From: Planctomycetota bacterium
GTDB taxonomy: Bacteria; Planctomycetota; SZUA-567; H5-PLA8
Assembly (NCBI GenBank): GCA_038227875.1
Contig: JBBRPR010000087.1
Coordinates: 1 to 30,221 of the forward strand
DNA: 30,221 nt
Direction of reading: 5' to 3'
Shown here: one piece after another, positions 15,125 to 24,514 of the stretch
Numbering within the stretch: position 1 is the stretch's first letter
Layout: each line of letters starts with the position of its first letter
Program-made: the position numbers and the translations under genes
Notes under the pieces: model-generated
Seen by the model: the letters and a program-made list of their open reading frames with translations, nothing else
Database searches by the model: none
What the model was told of the DNA's origin: nothing

Positions 15125-16759
15125 GTGAACGCCATCGGTAAATTTCTGTTCCGCATTCGGACCATCGGCATGGGTCTTGCCGCCGCGTCCGCGGCGTTTT
15201 CGTGGGCTCTGTGCACGACGCCTTCGTCTGGCGATTCGCGCTCCTTCAGCGTGCAAGCGCGCGCCGTGGGCAGCGGATTACATATTTCCAATCCCTTTGC
15301 GCCGGCCGGTATCTCTCCTCAATTTCCGACCGGCGGCAACACCCCGGCCGATCCTCAGGGCTTCGACCTCGGCGACGTTGTCATCGGCTCGTCGGTCTCG
15401 CGCTACATTTCAGCGCTCGACGGCGTGACCCCATACATCTTTTCCTCAACCACTGCGGGAACGCTGGGCCTCGCGGTGTCCACGACTGGACATGTGACCG
15501 GCAACGCAACTCTCACCGGTACGGGTGCGGTTCCTTTCAGCGCCGTGGTGCTCGACGCCGCCGGCCTGACCCGCACTGGACTTTTCTTTGTCAAACCCAC
15601 CTCCGCCACGCTGCACTTCTCGATCGACGCCCTGCCACAGGCACGCGTCGGACAGGATTACGGCACGAACATCGAAGTACTCGGCGGCGATACCACCAAC
15701 ACCGTCTTCAGCGTCGTCTCCGGATCGGTGCAGATCAACGGCTCGGCCGTTTCGAATCTTGAAACCGCGGGCCTGCGCCTGTTTGCCGATGGCACGCTCG
15801 CTGGCCGGCCCCTCGTTTCGGGAACCGTGCGCTTCACCGCGCAGGCGATCAAGGGCGGCACGCACGCTCTCAACCGCACGCAGACCGCTGCCGACCAGAC
15901 CTTTACGATCCCGGTTTTGGCGACCGGAAGTATTCAGTCCGTGCTCGCCACCCAGAGCGCCTCGATTGCAATCGGCGGCCGCTCGCGCGACAGCTTCTCG
16001 TTCAAGGGCTTCCTCAACGCCGATGGCCTGAGCAACGCGGCGTTCTCCGGCAAGACCATGACCATTCGCCTGGGCAGCCAGACATTTAAGACCACGCTCG
16101 ACAGCCGCGGCCGCTCTCCGCGCGGCAACATCAATGTCACGCTCAATGCCCCGCGCGCATTGCTGCGCCTGCAGATCCGCAATTCCGACTTCAGCAAACT
16201 CTTCGACACGTTCCCGTCGGGAAGCAATCAGACGGCGATTCTGCAGGTCGGGCTCGGCGACGATTTCCTCGGCACCGAAGCGATCGGCTTCTCGGTCCGC
16301 AGCCGTGGTTCGCGCGCGCAGTTGCGCTATACGCTCGGCCACGACATTCAGCTCGGCGGCCTGTTCCAGATCTATAGCGTGAAAGCCAAGGACTTCGGCA
16401 ACAGCTCCACGGCCTTCAAGATCGGCTTCCTGCTCTCGCACGTCCGCGGCAACACCTCGCAGACGTTCGGCACGCCGCAGCAGGCGACCGTGAACATCGG
16501 CCAGGGCTTCACGGAAGCCGTACCGCTCTTCCGCGGACGCTCGCGCGGCACGGCCAACCTGCGCTCGGTGGCCATCAATACCTCGCGCAAGTTTGGCACG
16601 ATCCAGACGCTGGCGCTGCCCTCCACAAAAACCGGCGTGCTGCCCGCGTCGGCTGGAAAGGCGCAGACGCTGCTGCTGGGGCTGAACCTCACGACCGATA
16701 CGATTCAGTTCACGGGCGAAGGTTCGGCGGTGCTTGTTCCGTTCACCGGCTTCCGCTAA
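15125..16759 (+). CDS. Exported beta-rich surface protein with putative Ig-like (He_PIG-type) domains
   Basis: AAGGAGG RBS and GTG start; N-terminal hydrophobic signal; LPQARVGQDY, GLRLFADGTLAGRP..SGTVRFTAQA and GVTPYIFS patterns; Thr/Gly/Ser-rich. Confidence 0.7.
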   Translation: MNAIGKFLFRIRTIGMGLAAASAAFSWALCTTPSSGDSRSFSVQARAVGSGLHISNPFAPAGISPQFPTGGNTPADPQGFDLGDVVIGSSVSRYISALDGVTPYIFSSTTAGTLGLAVSTTGHVTGNATLTGTGAVPFSAVVLDAAGLTRTGLFFVKPTSATLHFSIDALPQARVGQDYGTNIEVLGGDTTNTVFSVVSGSVQINGSAVSNLETAGLRLFADGTLAGRPLVSGTVRFTAQAIKGGTHALNRTQTAADQTFTIPVLATGSIQSVLATQSASIAIGGRSRDSFSFKGFLNADGLSNAAFSGKTMTIRLGSQTFKTTLDSRGRSPRGNINVTLNAPRALLRLQIRNSDFSKLFDTFPSGSNQTAILQVGLGDDFLGTEAIGFSVRSRGSRAQLRYTLGHDIQLGGLFQIYSVKAKDFGNSSTAFKIGFLLSHVRGNTSQTFGTPQQATVNIGQGFTEAVPLFRGRSRGTANLRSVAINTSRKFGTIQTLALPSTKTGVLPASAGKAQTLLLGLNLTTDTIQFTGEGSAVLVPFTGFR

Positions 16760-16799
16760 AGCCGATCGTCAGAAATGAAACTGGAAGAAAACTCCCCGC

Positions 16800-17549
16800 T
16801 CAGGCGTGGAGTTTTTCTTGGGAGACGGCGGTCTCGCGATCCTTTGCAATCGCGGCTTCCACCGCACATTTATCCTTCACCGCACCCCACCACTTCAGCC
16901 AGCCGACCAGCAACGCCAGCGAACCGGACAGACCCAAAAAAATGTCGATGACAATCGTAAGGTCCGCGCCGGGCTTGAAGATCAACACGCTGCCGAGGCA
17001 CACCCACGCCAACAGCAATAACGCCGCGGGAATTGTGCCGATGCTGAAGATGTAGAGTGAAGTATCCCTGACTTTACGGCTGGCGAGGTAGCTCATGCCG
17101 CACACCAGCAGGTAGAGCGACAACAGGCTGATCGCAATGGCGAGCGGTGTCTCCGTGGCGCGGTTGCGCTCGGGCAGGTTTCTGAAGACCGCGATGTACG
17201 GCGTCAGAGCCGTCCCCGCCCACAGCGCAAGAATTAGAAATCTATTCATCACACGCCAGTAAGAAGTATGAATGGATGCGGCGCTGCATACCAGGAGGTA
17301 GACGGGCCCGCCCAGAAACACCGGTAGGGCCAGGCAGCAGAAGGCAACGATAAACAGGAATTCGGGGCCGTTCCTGCGGCCCTCAACTTGACCCAACGCC
17401 AACTCCACGATTTCGCGTGCGGCATGCCACAACGATTGAGTGTGCTCAAACGGCAGCACCGTTGCCAGCGTGCACGCCACCGCGCCTACGCGCGCGATGC
17501 GCCGCCATTTTCGGCCCGGATCGTCGTTTGGACCTAACAAGTAACCCAT
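16800..17549 (-). CDS. Hypothetical integral membrane protein (about 6 TM)
   Basis: 249-aa ORF with alternating hydrophobic segments, filling the gap between two plus-strand genes. Confidence 0.65.
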   Translation of the reverse strand: MGYLLGPNDDPGRKWRRIARVGAVACTLATVLPFEHTQSLWHAAREIVELALGQVEGRRNGPEFLFIVAFCCLALPVFLGGPVYLLVCSAASIHTSYWRVMNRFLILALWAGTALTPYIAVFRNLPERNRATETPLAIAISLLSLYLLVCGMSYLASRKVRDTSLYIFSIGTIPAALLLLAWVCLGSVLIFKPGADLTIVIDIFLGLSGSLALLVGWLKWWGAVKDKCAVEAAIAKDRETAVSQEKLHA

Positions 17550-17633
17550 GCCGATTCCCGGATTCCTGAATTAGACTTCCGCCCAAATCTTTGCCACGAT
17601 AGTAACACACCCAACGCCTTCTGGAGTCATTCC

Positions 17634-20600
17634 ATGCTTCGATTTTTTCCCACAATTTTTCTACTCGGTTGCGCCGTGTTTATGAACCTGGATGCCGCCG
17701 AACAATCGTTCGAAAAAGACGCCACTGCTGCCTTGAAAAAAGCTCAGCAGAGCGGCAAACCAGTACTGATCCTCATCCGCAATTTCAAAGACTTGGGCTC
17801 GCTGGACTGCGGTCACTGGCTCACGGAAGACGCGTCCTTTCAGGAGGCATTGAGCAAATTCGAATGCGCGATCGTCTGGCATGGCGATGAGTCGCTGAAG
17901 GAACTCGACGCGCCCAAGGGCGGGTTGCTCTTTCTCACCTCCAAAGGGGAAACGATCCGCCAGGAAGGCGTACCGGAATTCCGCAGCCGCATGCACGAGC
18001 TGCTCGACAAGGTCCTCGCGCATCCCGTCTCCGCCGACGACCTGCTCGCGGAAGCCATCGCGGAACTCGCGAAGGGCAACGCGCAGCCCTCGATCGACAG
18101 CTCGCGCTTCAAGGACACAATACAAATTCTGCGGGGACTCGGACGCGCCGACGAAGCGCTGCCGCTGCAGCGCGCGTTGGCGGGAATCAACCTGCTCAAC
18201 AAGACCAACACGGAAGCCGACGACGCCATTGAATCCGCGGCGCTGGAAATCCAGGCCGCGCACAGTCTTTCGGGCCAACTGGCCGCCCTCGCCAAGACCT
18301 GCGAAGCATTTCAGAAAGCCGAAAAGCCGGACGCGCGGAAAATCAACGTGGCGCTGAAAAAGTCGGCGCGGATCGCCGCACTTTCCGATGAAACGAAAAA
18401 AGCATTGTCCGTCGCGCAGGAAGCACTCGACGCGCTCGCCAAGACTCCCGATTCTGCCGATGCAGTGAAGGCCGCGAAGGAGCGCCTCGGCGCGCTGGCG
18501 CCACTGGCCAAGAAGGACGCCGGTGCCTTTCACAAATCCGCCGACGAACTGACCAAGAAGTCCGCGAAGGAACATCCCGAATCGCTCTCCGCCAAACTCA
18601 GCGAAATGGGCGAGCTCTTCAACAAACTCGGCCGCGATGAGAAAAGCGAGAAGCGCTGCGTCGAAATCCTCCACGAACTGCTTAAGCGTCCGATGAAGCA
18701 GGACGAATTCCTCCAGGTCGCCGGCTATCTGATGTACCCGATCTGGATGCTGCAGCTCCAAACCGAGCGAGTGGAGCTGGCCGAGCGGGTGCAGAAGGAG
18801 ATCGGCCTGGGCCGCTATGCGGCAGACATCTACATGGACCAGGCCGACCTGTATTTCACCGAAGGCAAACCCGAGGAATCCGAGAAGCTCTGGAAGCTCA
18901 TCGAGACCGCGACGAAGGATGGCGAGTCGAACTCGTTCTACCGCAACGTCCGCAACATGCGCGCGCTCGTGGATCCGGCGTCGTCGCCCAATCAGACCAA
19001 GTGGGCCAGCCGCACGGTATTGAATGTCGTGGTCCTCGCACCGGATTTTGAATCGTATGCGAAAGCCATCGCGCTCTGGACCGACACGGAATTTTTCCCG
19101 GTGCTCTTCCAGGACGATCTCTACGCGCCGAAATTCATCGCTGCCTTCAAACCCGCGGACGTCATCCTGCTACCGCCGGGCGCGAAGAATTCGCTTCCAC
19201 CGATTGCCGATCTGCGCCGCACGATCCTCTCCAGTTGGACGCCAGGCGCTGAGAAAGCGAAAGTCGCCGCGACTCCATCCGACGATGATCTCCGCGCACG
19301 ACTTACCGCGATTGCTTCGAAGCCCCTCGGCGTCGTCTTCGGCGACGGCGAATCCGGCGAGATGGCCGGCGCTCTGGCGCTCGCGGCGGGGCGTTTCCAG
19401 GGTCTGGAAATTCTGGCGCGGCCAACCGTCGGCAACGAAGGCCACATCGGCAGCGAAGAACATTACCTCGATCTCAAGCGCGCTCTGGAATTGGGCGACA
19501 AAGTCCGCGATGGTCTGAAGCGCTGGGGCTTGCCATTCAACGACCACTGGGCGTATGTGACGCTCGCGGGGAAATATCCCTACCGCTACATGGGCGACGC
19601 CGACGATTGGGGCGGCACCTACGCGACGGAGGATCTGCTCGGCCGCGCGGAAGATTCCTCGCGCATCGCCGTCTGCGGACGCCTGATGGGTGCCAACGCG
19701 CGCAGTTCGTACCAGGCCATGTGCTCGCTTTTCCTGCAGCCGGAGTCGGCGTTCCTCTTCAACACCTACGGCACCAATCCCCACAACGAATGGGGCCAGT
19801 ACAACATGAATCTTGCCGAGTCGCTGCTCAAGGAACGTATGAAGGTCGTCCATCTTCACGACGAAGGCGCGAACCTGGACACGTTCCGCGCGCATGAAAT
19901 TCCGTGGAACCGCGACGGGCTGGTCTGCATCAATTCCTCCGGCTGGCCCGACCATTGGTCGGTGGCCGGTGGCGACGGCACCACCGACGATTTCCTGATT
20001 GGCGTGCCGTGCGCCGTGAACATCGTCCATTCGGGCTCGGCAGCGGAACTCTACGCCTTCGACACCATCGCTCACCGTGCCGTCTGGGGCGGCGCGTTCT
20101 GGTATTTCGGCTCGTCGGCCGAACCGCTGCTCGACGCCTTCAACCCACTCAATTACGTCGCGCCACGCATCACCCGCGGCGTGCCGCTGGCCGCGGCCTT
20201 CCGCCAGCGCACCGCGCAGAGCCGCTTTTACCCGTGGCGCCTGATGCTCGTCGGCGATCCGCAGTTCGGCCTGCGCGACCAACCCGCGAAGCGCACGGAA
20301 CTCACCGACGCCGTCCGCAAATCCATTCTCCCCGAAGGCGCTGCCGCAAAGGTAGGCGATGAAAAGTCGCTGCCGTGGGCGACCGATCTGCGCACCGCGC
20401 GCTGGACGAACAAGCCTGCCGCGATTCCACCGCTGCTGGAGAAGTTGCCCGATCCCGCGGCATTAACAGGAGCAGACGCCGCAATCGCGATCGAAGAATT
20501 GATCAAAGCCGACCGCTGCGCCGATGCCGTGAAACTCTGGAATGGACTTTCCGACGAGGCGCGAAAGCACGAAGCCGCTCGCGTCTTCGCGCGCTACGCC

Positions 20601-21590
20601 GCCGGACATTTGATGGACCTCGCCCAGACCGCCAAGGACGTAAAGGCGCTTACCGCTTCGTTCACCGACATGATCTCCACCGCGCCGCCGCGCATGTACG
20701 TGGAACGCTGGAACGGCCGCGCCGTCACCCTCGCCAAAGCGCAGAAGGCCGACGCCGACTACAGCGCGTGGCTGACCACTATTCTCGCCAACCCGCGTGC
20801 GGCCGCGTTCAAGAGTTATTTCGAAGTCGAACAGCGGGGCCGCAAGGAAGCGTGGACCGATGACGACAAGGCCGCCGCGTTCGCCGGCTTCGCGGAGCTG
20901 GTGAAAACGCAGAACGATCCCGGGCAAATCACTGCGCCATTCAAAACGCTGGCGGCCTGCTATCTTTCCAAGATTAAAGGCGCGACGTCCGAGCAGTTCC
21001 TCACCGAAACCAAAGCGCTCTTCAAAGCCGGCACGCCGGAAGCCAAGCGCCTGCTCGAAGGCATCGCCCCGTATGAGGCCACGCTGCAGCTCTTCAAGGA
21101 TTGGCTGCTCCTCGGCCCATTCAAAGATCAGAAGATCGGCGCGTGGGAGAACGTCGGCCCGAAAGAGGGCAAGACCGCGCCGGATTTCAGCGCGAAGTTC
21201 ACCGACGCCACCGCGCTGGAGTGGACGCGCCCCTTTAAAGGAAGCGAGCCGGGCATCATCGATCTCGCTGCGCTGCTCAAGCCGAACCTGGAAGTTTACG
21301 TCTACGCCGCCGCGACCGTGAACGTTGAGAAGGACGTCGAAGGCCTGCTCCTGATCGGCTCCGACGATGGCGTCACCGCGTGGCTCGACGGCAAAGAAAT
21401 CCACCGCAACCCGGCCGCGCGCGGCGTGACGGTCGATCAGGACAAAGTCCCGATCAAGCTCAGCGCCGGCGCGCATTCACTCGTTCTGCGGATCGACCAG
21501 AGCACTGGCGGCTGGGGCTTCTGCGCGCGCATCGGCGACAAGGACGGAAAGCCGATCCCGGGCCTGCAGTTCCACTGCGCGAGAGAGTGA
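17634..21590 (+). CDS. Large exported multidomain protein: thioredoxin-like N-terminus, helical/TPR-like regions, central clan-CD/TIGR03790-like domain, C-terminal jelly-roll/PA14-like domain
   Basis: Signal peptide; ALKKAQQSGKPVLI and LLFLTSKGE (thioredoxin-like, no CxxC); YFGSSAEPLLDAF and WRLMLVGDPQF; WLLLGPF, GSDDGVTAWLDG and LSAGAHSLVLRI. Confidence 0.6.
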   Translation: MLRFFPTIFLLGCAVFMNLDAAEQSFEKDATAALKKAQQSGKPVLILIRNFKDLGSLDCGHWLTEDASFQEALSKFECAIVWHGDESLKELDAPKGGLLFLTSKGETIRQEGVPEFRSRMHELLDKVLAHPVSADDLLAEAIAELAKGNAQPSIDSSRFKDTIQILRGLGRADEALPLQRALAGINLLNKTNTEADDAIESAALEIQAAHSLSGQLAALAKTCEAFQKAEKPDARKINVALKKSARIAALSDETKKALSVAQEALDALAKTPDSADAVKAAKERLGALAPLAKKDAGAFHKSADELTKKSAKEHPESLSAKLSEMGELFNKLGRDEKSEKRCVEILHELLKRPMKQDEFLQVAGYLMYPIWMLQLQTERVELAERVQKEIGLGRYAADIYMDQADLYFTEGKPEESEKLWKLIETATKDGESNSFYRNVRNMRALVDPASSPNQTKWASRTVLNVVVLAPDFESYAKAIALWTDTEFFPVLFQDDLYAPKFIAAFKPADVILLPPGAKNSLPPIADLRRTILSSWTPGAEKAKVAATPSDDDLRARLTAIASKPLGVVFGDGESGEMAGALALAAGRFQGLEILARPTVGNEGHIGSEEHYLDLKRALELGDKVRDGLKRWGLPFNDHWAYVTLAGKYPYRYMGDADDWGGTYATEDLLGRAEDSSRIAVCGRLMGANARSSYQAMCSLFLQPESAFLFNTYGTNPHNEWGQYNMNLAESLLKERMKVVHLHDEGANLDTFRAHEIPWNRDGLVCINSSGWPDHWSVAGGDGTTDDFLIGVPCAVNIVHSGSAAELYAFDTIAHRAVWGGAFWYFGSSAEPLLDAFNPLNYVAPRITRGVPLAAAFRQRTAQSRFYPWRLMLVGDPQFGLRDQPAKRTELTDAVRKSILPEGAAAKVGDEKSLPWATDLRTARWTNKPAAIPPLLEKLPDPAALTGADAAIAIEELIKADRCADAVKLWNGLSDEARKHEAARVFARYAAGHLMDLAQTAKDVKALTASFTDMISTAPPRMYVERWNGRAVTLAKAQKADADYSAWLTTILANPRAAAFKSYFEVEQRGRKEAWTDDDKAAAFAGFAELVKTQNDPGQITAPFKTLAACYLSKIKGATSEQFLTETKALFKAGTPEAKRLLEGIAPYEATLQLFKDWLLLGPFKDQKIGAWENVGPKEGKTAPDFSAKFTDATALEWTRPFKGSEPGIIDLAALLKPNLEVYVYAAATVNVEKDVEGLLLIGSDDGVTAWLDGKEIHRNPAARGVTVDQDKVPIKLSAGAHSLVLRIDQSTGGWGFCARIGDKDGKPIPGLQFHCARE

Positions 21591-21599
21591 GTTTTTTGC

Positions 21600-21731
21600 C
21601 TCGCGCAAAGTCGCAATGACGCCAAGAACGGCAACAGCGGAAATGGGGATTCGGGAATCTTCGCACTCCGCTTTCGGCGAATCCCGAGTGCCGAATCCCG
21701 ATTCCCGCCGTTCTTTGCGTCTTTGCGCGAG
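21600..21731. repeat. Nested inverted-repeat (REP-like) element between convergent genes
   Basis: Outer arms CTCGCGCAAAG...AAGAACGGC / GCCGTTCTTTGCGTCTTTGCGCGAG; inner heptamers GGGATTC,GGGAATC versus CGAATCC,CGAGTGC,CGAATCC,CGATTCC. Confidence 0.7.
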
Positions 21732-21741
21732 ATTAAAGCCG

Positions 21742-23004
21742 TTAGTTCGCCAGGGCGATTCGGCCACTCCGGCGCTCGCCCTGATCCTTCGCGACGCTCC
21801 ACAGCGTCGCTGCGAAGAATAGAATCAGCGCCCACAGTTCCGGCAGCATCACCATACCGGCCTGGTATTCCGGGCGGCGTTTGATCCAGACGGTCGCGGT
21901 GCCGTTGGTCTGCGGGATGAGGACGTGCGTGTTGTCGACGAACGTGACGCCGGGGCGCGCGAGAATTTTTGGGCCGCAGTCGAGTGTGGCGTTGAGCTCG
22001 CCGGTCGACGCGTCCCACACGCGCACCTTGCCGTCGGAACCGCTGGTGACCACGCTCTGTCCATTGGGAGAATAACGCGCGGAGTAAATCCGGCCCGTGT
22101 GCCCGGCCAGCGTGCGCACGATTTTTCCGCTGGTCACGTCGATGATGCTCGCGCCCTGTCCGTTGAGCATCCCGGCGAGCATCGAAAGACCGTCCGGCGA
22201 ATTGCCGACGAAGCTCTCGCCGAGTTCATCGGAGAGAATCCGGCCGTCGAGATCGATCATCCGCAGCGTGCCGTCGCGTTGAGCGATCACGACTTTCCGG
22301 CCGCTGGCGGAGAACGACGCGAGGCTCGCGCGTTCGCTGTTGGGAATGGGGCGGTAGAGCGCCGTGGAAACATCGAAGACGCTGACGAGCGGACTTTCGT
22401 GGTATTCCTGCGAACCCCTGGCATTGCGCGTCGTCCGCGTCGTGCGCACCAGGACGCTCAGCGAATCCGGCGAGAATCCGCCGAGCAGCGTCAGGTCTTT
22501 CATCTCGAGCAGCAAGTTGCCGTTGGCGGCGTCGAAGACGCTGACAGTGTCGTCGGCCGTGGAGGTCAGCAGGCGTTTGCCGTCGGGCGAAAAATGGATC
22601 TGCTCAATGGCCGCGCGCTGCGCCTGCAGCGTCAGCAGCAGTGTCCCGGATTGAGCCTCAAAAATGCGAACGCTCTTGTCGCTGTACGCCAGCGCGAGGT
22701 ACCGATTGTCGGCCGAATACTCACCCATCGACGGGAAAAGTCCCGACCCAGAATACGTGACACCGCCGTGCTCAGCCCACGGCGCATAATTCCAATACAG
22801 CCCCATCGCGCTGCCGACCGCAAGCACGGCAAGAAGAAGCGTGCGCAACGACAAGCGCAACCCGCCGACCCGACTGCGGCGGCTGGACAGCTCTATATAT
22901 GTAGAGTGGACCCTAACGCGACCCGATTTCGCAGCAGGGACGACTGTTGGTTCGGCGGGAGCTGCCGTATCTGCGACCGAGGATGTGGCGGAGCGGTTTT
23001 CCAT
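21742..23004 (-). CDS. Membrane-anchored WD40-repeat beta-propeller protein
   Basis: FSPDGKRLLTSTADDTVSVFD; LAGHTGRIYSARYSPNGQSVVTSGSDGKVRVWD; N-terminal TM LSLRTLLLAVLAVGSAMGLYW; C-terminal TM LPELWALILFFAATLW; start uncertain. Confidence 0.85.
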   Translation of the reverse strand: MENRSATSSVADTAAPAEPTVVPAAKSGRVRVHSTYIELSSRRSRVGGLRLSLRTLLLAVLAVGSAMGLYWNYAPWAEHGGVTYSGSGLFPSMGEYSADNRYLALAYSDKSVRIFEAQSGTLLLTLQAQRAAIEQIHFSPDGKRLLTSTADDTVSVFDAANGNLLLEMKDLTLLGGFSPDSLSVLVRTTRTTRNARGSQEYHESPLVSVFDVSTALYRPIPNSERASLASFSASGRKVVIAQRDGTLRMIDLDGRILSDELGESFVGNSPDGLSMLAGMLNGQGASIIDVTSGKIVRTLAGHTGRIYSARYSPNGQSVVTSGSDGKVRVWDASTGELNATLDCGPKILARPGVTFVDNTHVLIPQTNGTATVWIKRRPEYQAGMVMLPELWALILFFAATLWSVAKDQGERRSGRIALAN

Positions 23005-23155
23005 CGCGTTTATCCGAACCGTCGCGAAATTCATCCCGTCACAGGAAAACAAAGAAAGAGCGAACAATGCTGTAGTGCCACGGATGCGCAAAAGTCTCAG
23101 CGTAGCGAAGACTGTCGCTCAGCCGTGCCTTACGCCCACTGCGGTGCGCCCCTCA

Positions 23156-24478
23156 TCATGCTTTGACGACTTTATCGCCCTTGATTTCCGCCGGCACGTT
23201 GACGCAGGCGTTGCGCGTGTCGATCACCAGCGCCGACTGCTTCACAAGCGCCGTGTAATCGATGCCGTCGTGATTGGTAGAGATCAACACCGCGTCGACG
23301 GCGCTGAGCGTCTGCGCATTGAGCGCCACCGACGGCGTGCCGGCGACTTCCGGATGGTGGCGCATGTGTGGCGCGATCGGCACGAAAGGATCGTGGAACG
23401 AGACCACCGCGCCGCGTTCTTTCAGCAATTCCCAGAGCTCAAACGAGGGCGATTCGCGCGGGTCGTCGACGTTTTTCTTATACGCCAGGCCCAGGATCAT
23501 GATCTTCGCACCTTTTAAGGGCTTGCCCCGGTCGGAGAGCGCTTCCATCAAGCGCGTGATCACGTAGCGCGGCATGGCGGTGTTGATTTCGCCGGCCAGT
23601 TCGATGAACTTCGTCTGCACCTTGAATTCGCGCGCTTTCCACGTCAGGTAAAACGGATCGATCGGAATGCAGTGCCCGCCCAGTCCCGGTCCGGGATAGA
23701 AGGGCATGTAGCCGAAGGGTTTGGTCTTCGCCGCTTCGATCACTTCCCAGATGTCGATGCCCATGCTGTCGAAGACGACTTTCAGCTCATTGACCATCGC
23801 GATGTTGACGCAACGGAAAATATTCTCGACCAGCTTCGCCGCTTCGGCCGTGCGTGTACCGGAGACCGGCACGACTCGTTTCACGGCTTTCATGTAGAGG
23901 AACTGCGCGGCATCGCGGCAGGCATCGGTCATACCGCCGACGATTTTGGGAATGTCGCGCGTCTGGAATTCTTTGTTGCCCGGATCTTCGCGCTCCGGCG
24001 AGAACGCGAGATGGAAATCGACGCCGGCTTTCAGGCCGGAACCCTGTTCGAGGATCGGGCGCAGGTCGTCTTCCGTAGTGCCGGGATACGTCGTCGATTC
24101 CAAGCTGACCAACTGCCCCGCGCGGAGGTGCGGCGCGATCGAGCGGCCGGTGCCGAGCACGTACGACATGTCCGGTTCCCGGTACTCGTTGAGCGGCGTG
24201 GGCACGCAGATGATCATCGAGTCCTGTTTGGCGACGTCCGCGAAGTCGGTGGTCGCGCGGAATTTCTTGGCGCGCACCAGCTCGCCGATCGCGTCGGCTG
24301 AGACATGCTTGATGTACGACTGCCCGGCGTTGATCGCATCGGTTTTTTTCGGATCGATGTCGAAGCCGGTCACCACGCATCCGGCCTTGGCGAACTGAAT
24401 CGCCAGTGGCAGGCCCACGTAGCCCATGCCCACGATGCCGACGGAAAGCGAGGCCTTATCGTACCCAGTCCAGCGCAT
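23156..24478 (-). CDS. Nucleotide sugar dehydrogenase (UDP-N-acetylhexosamine 6-dehydrogenase, WbpA/WecC family)
   Basis: GMGYVGLP; ICVPTP; LESTTYPGTT; FSPEREDPGN; AKLVENIFR; GPGLGGHCIPIDP; LGLAYKKNVDDPRESP. Confidence 0.93.
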   Translation of the reverse strand: MRWTGYDKASLSVGIVGMGYVGLPLAIQFAKAGCVVTGFDIDPKKTDAINAGQSYIKHVSADAIGELVRAKKFRATTDFADVAKQDSMIICVPTPLNEYREPDMSYVLGTGRSIAPHLRAGQLVSLESTTYPGTTEDDLRPILEQGSGLKAGVDFHLAFSPEREDPGNKEFQTRDIPKIVGGMTDACRDAAQFLYMKAVKRVVPVSGTRTAEAAKLVENIFRCVNIAMVNELKVVFDSMGIDIWEVIEAAKTKPFGYMPFYPGPGLGGHCIPIDPFYLTWKAREFKVQTKFIELAGEINTAMPRYVITRLMEALSDRGKPLKGAKIMILGLAYKKNVDDPRESPSFELWELLKERGAVVSFHDPFVPIAPHMRHHPEVAGTPSVALNAQTLSAVDAVLISTNHDGIDYTALVKQSALVIDTRNACVNVPAEIKGDKVVKA

Positions 24479-24514
24479 GCAAATCTCCCGGTTCAAAACG
24501 ATCGCGGCACTTTA

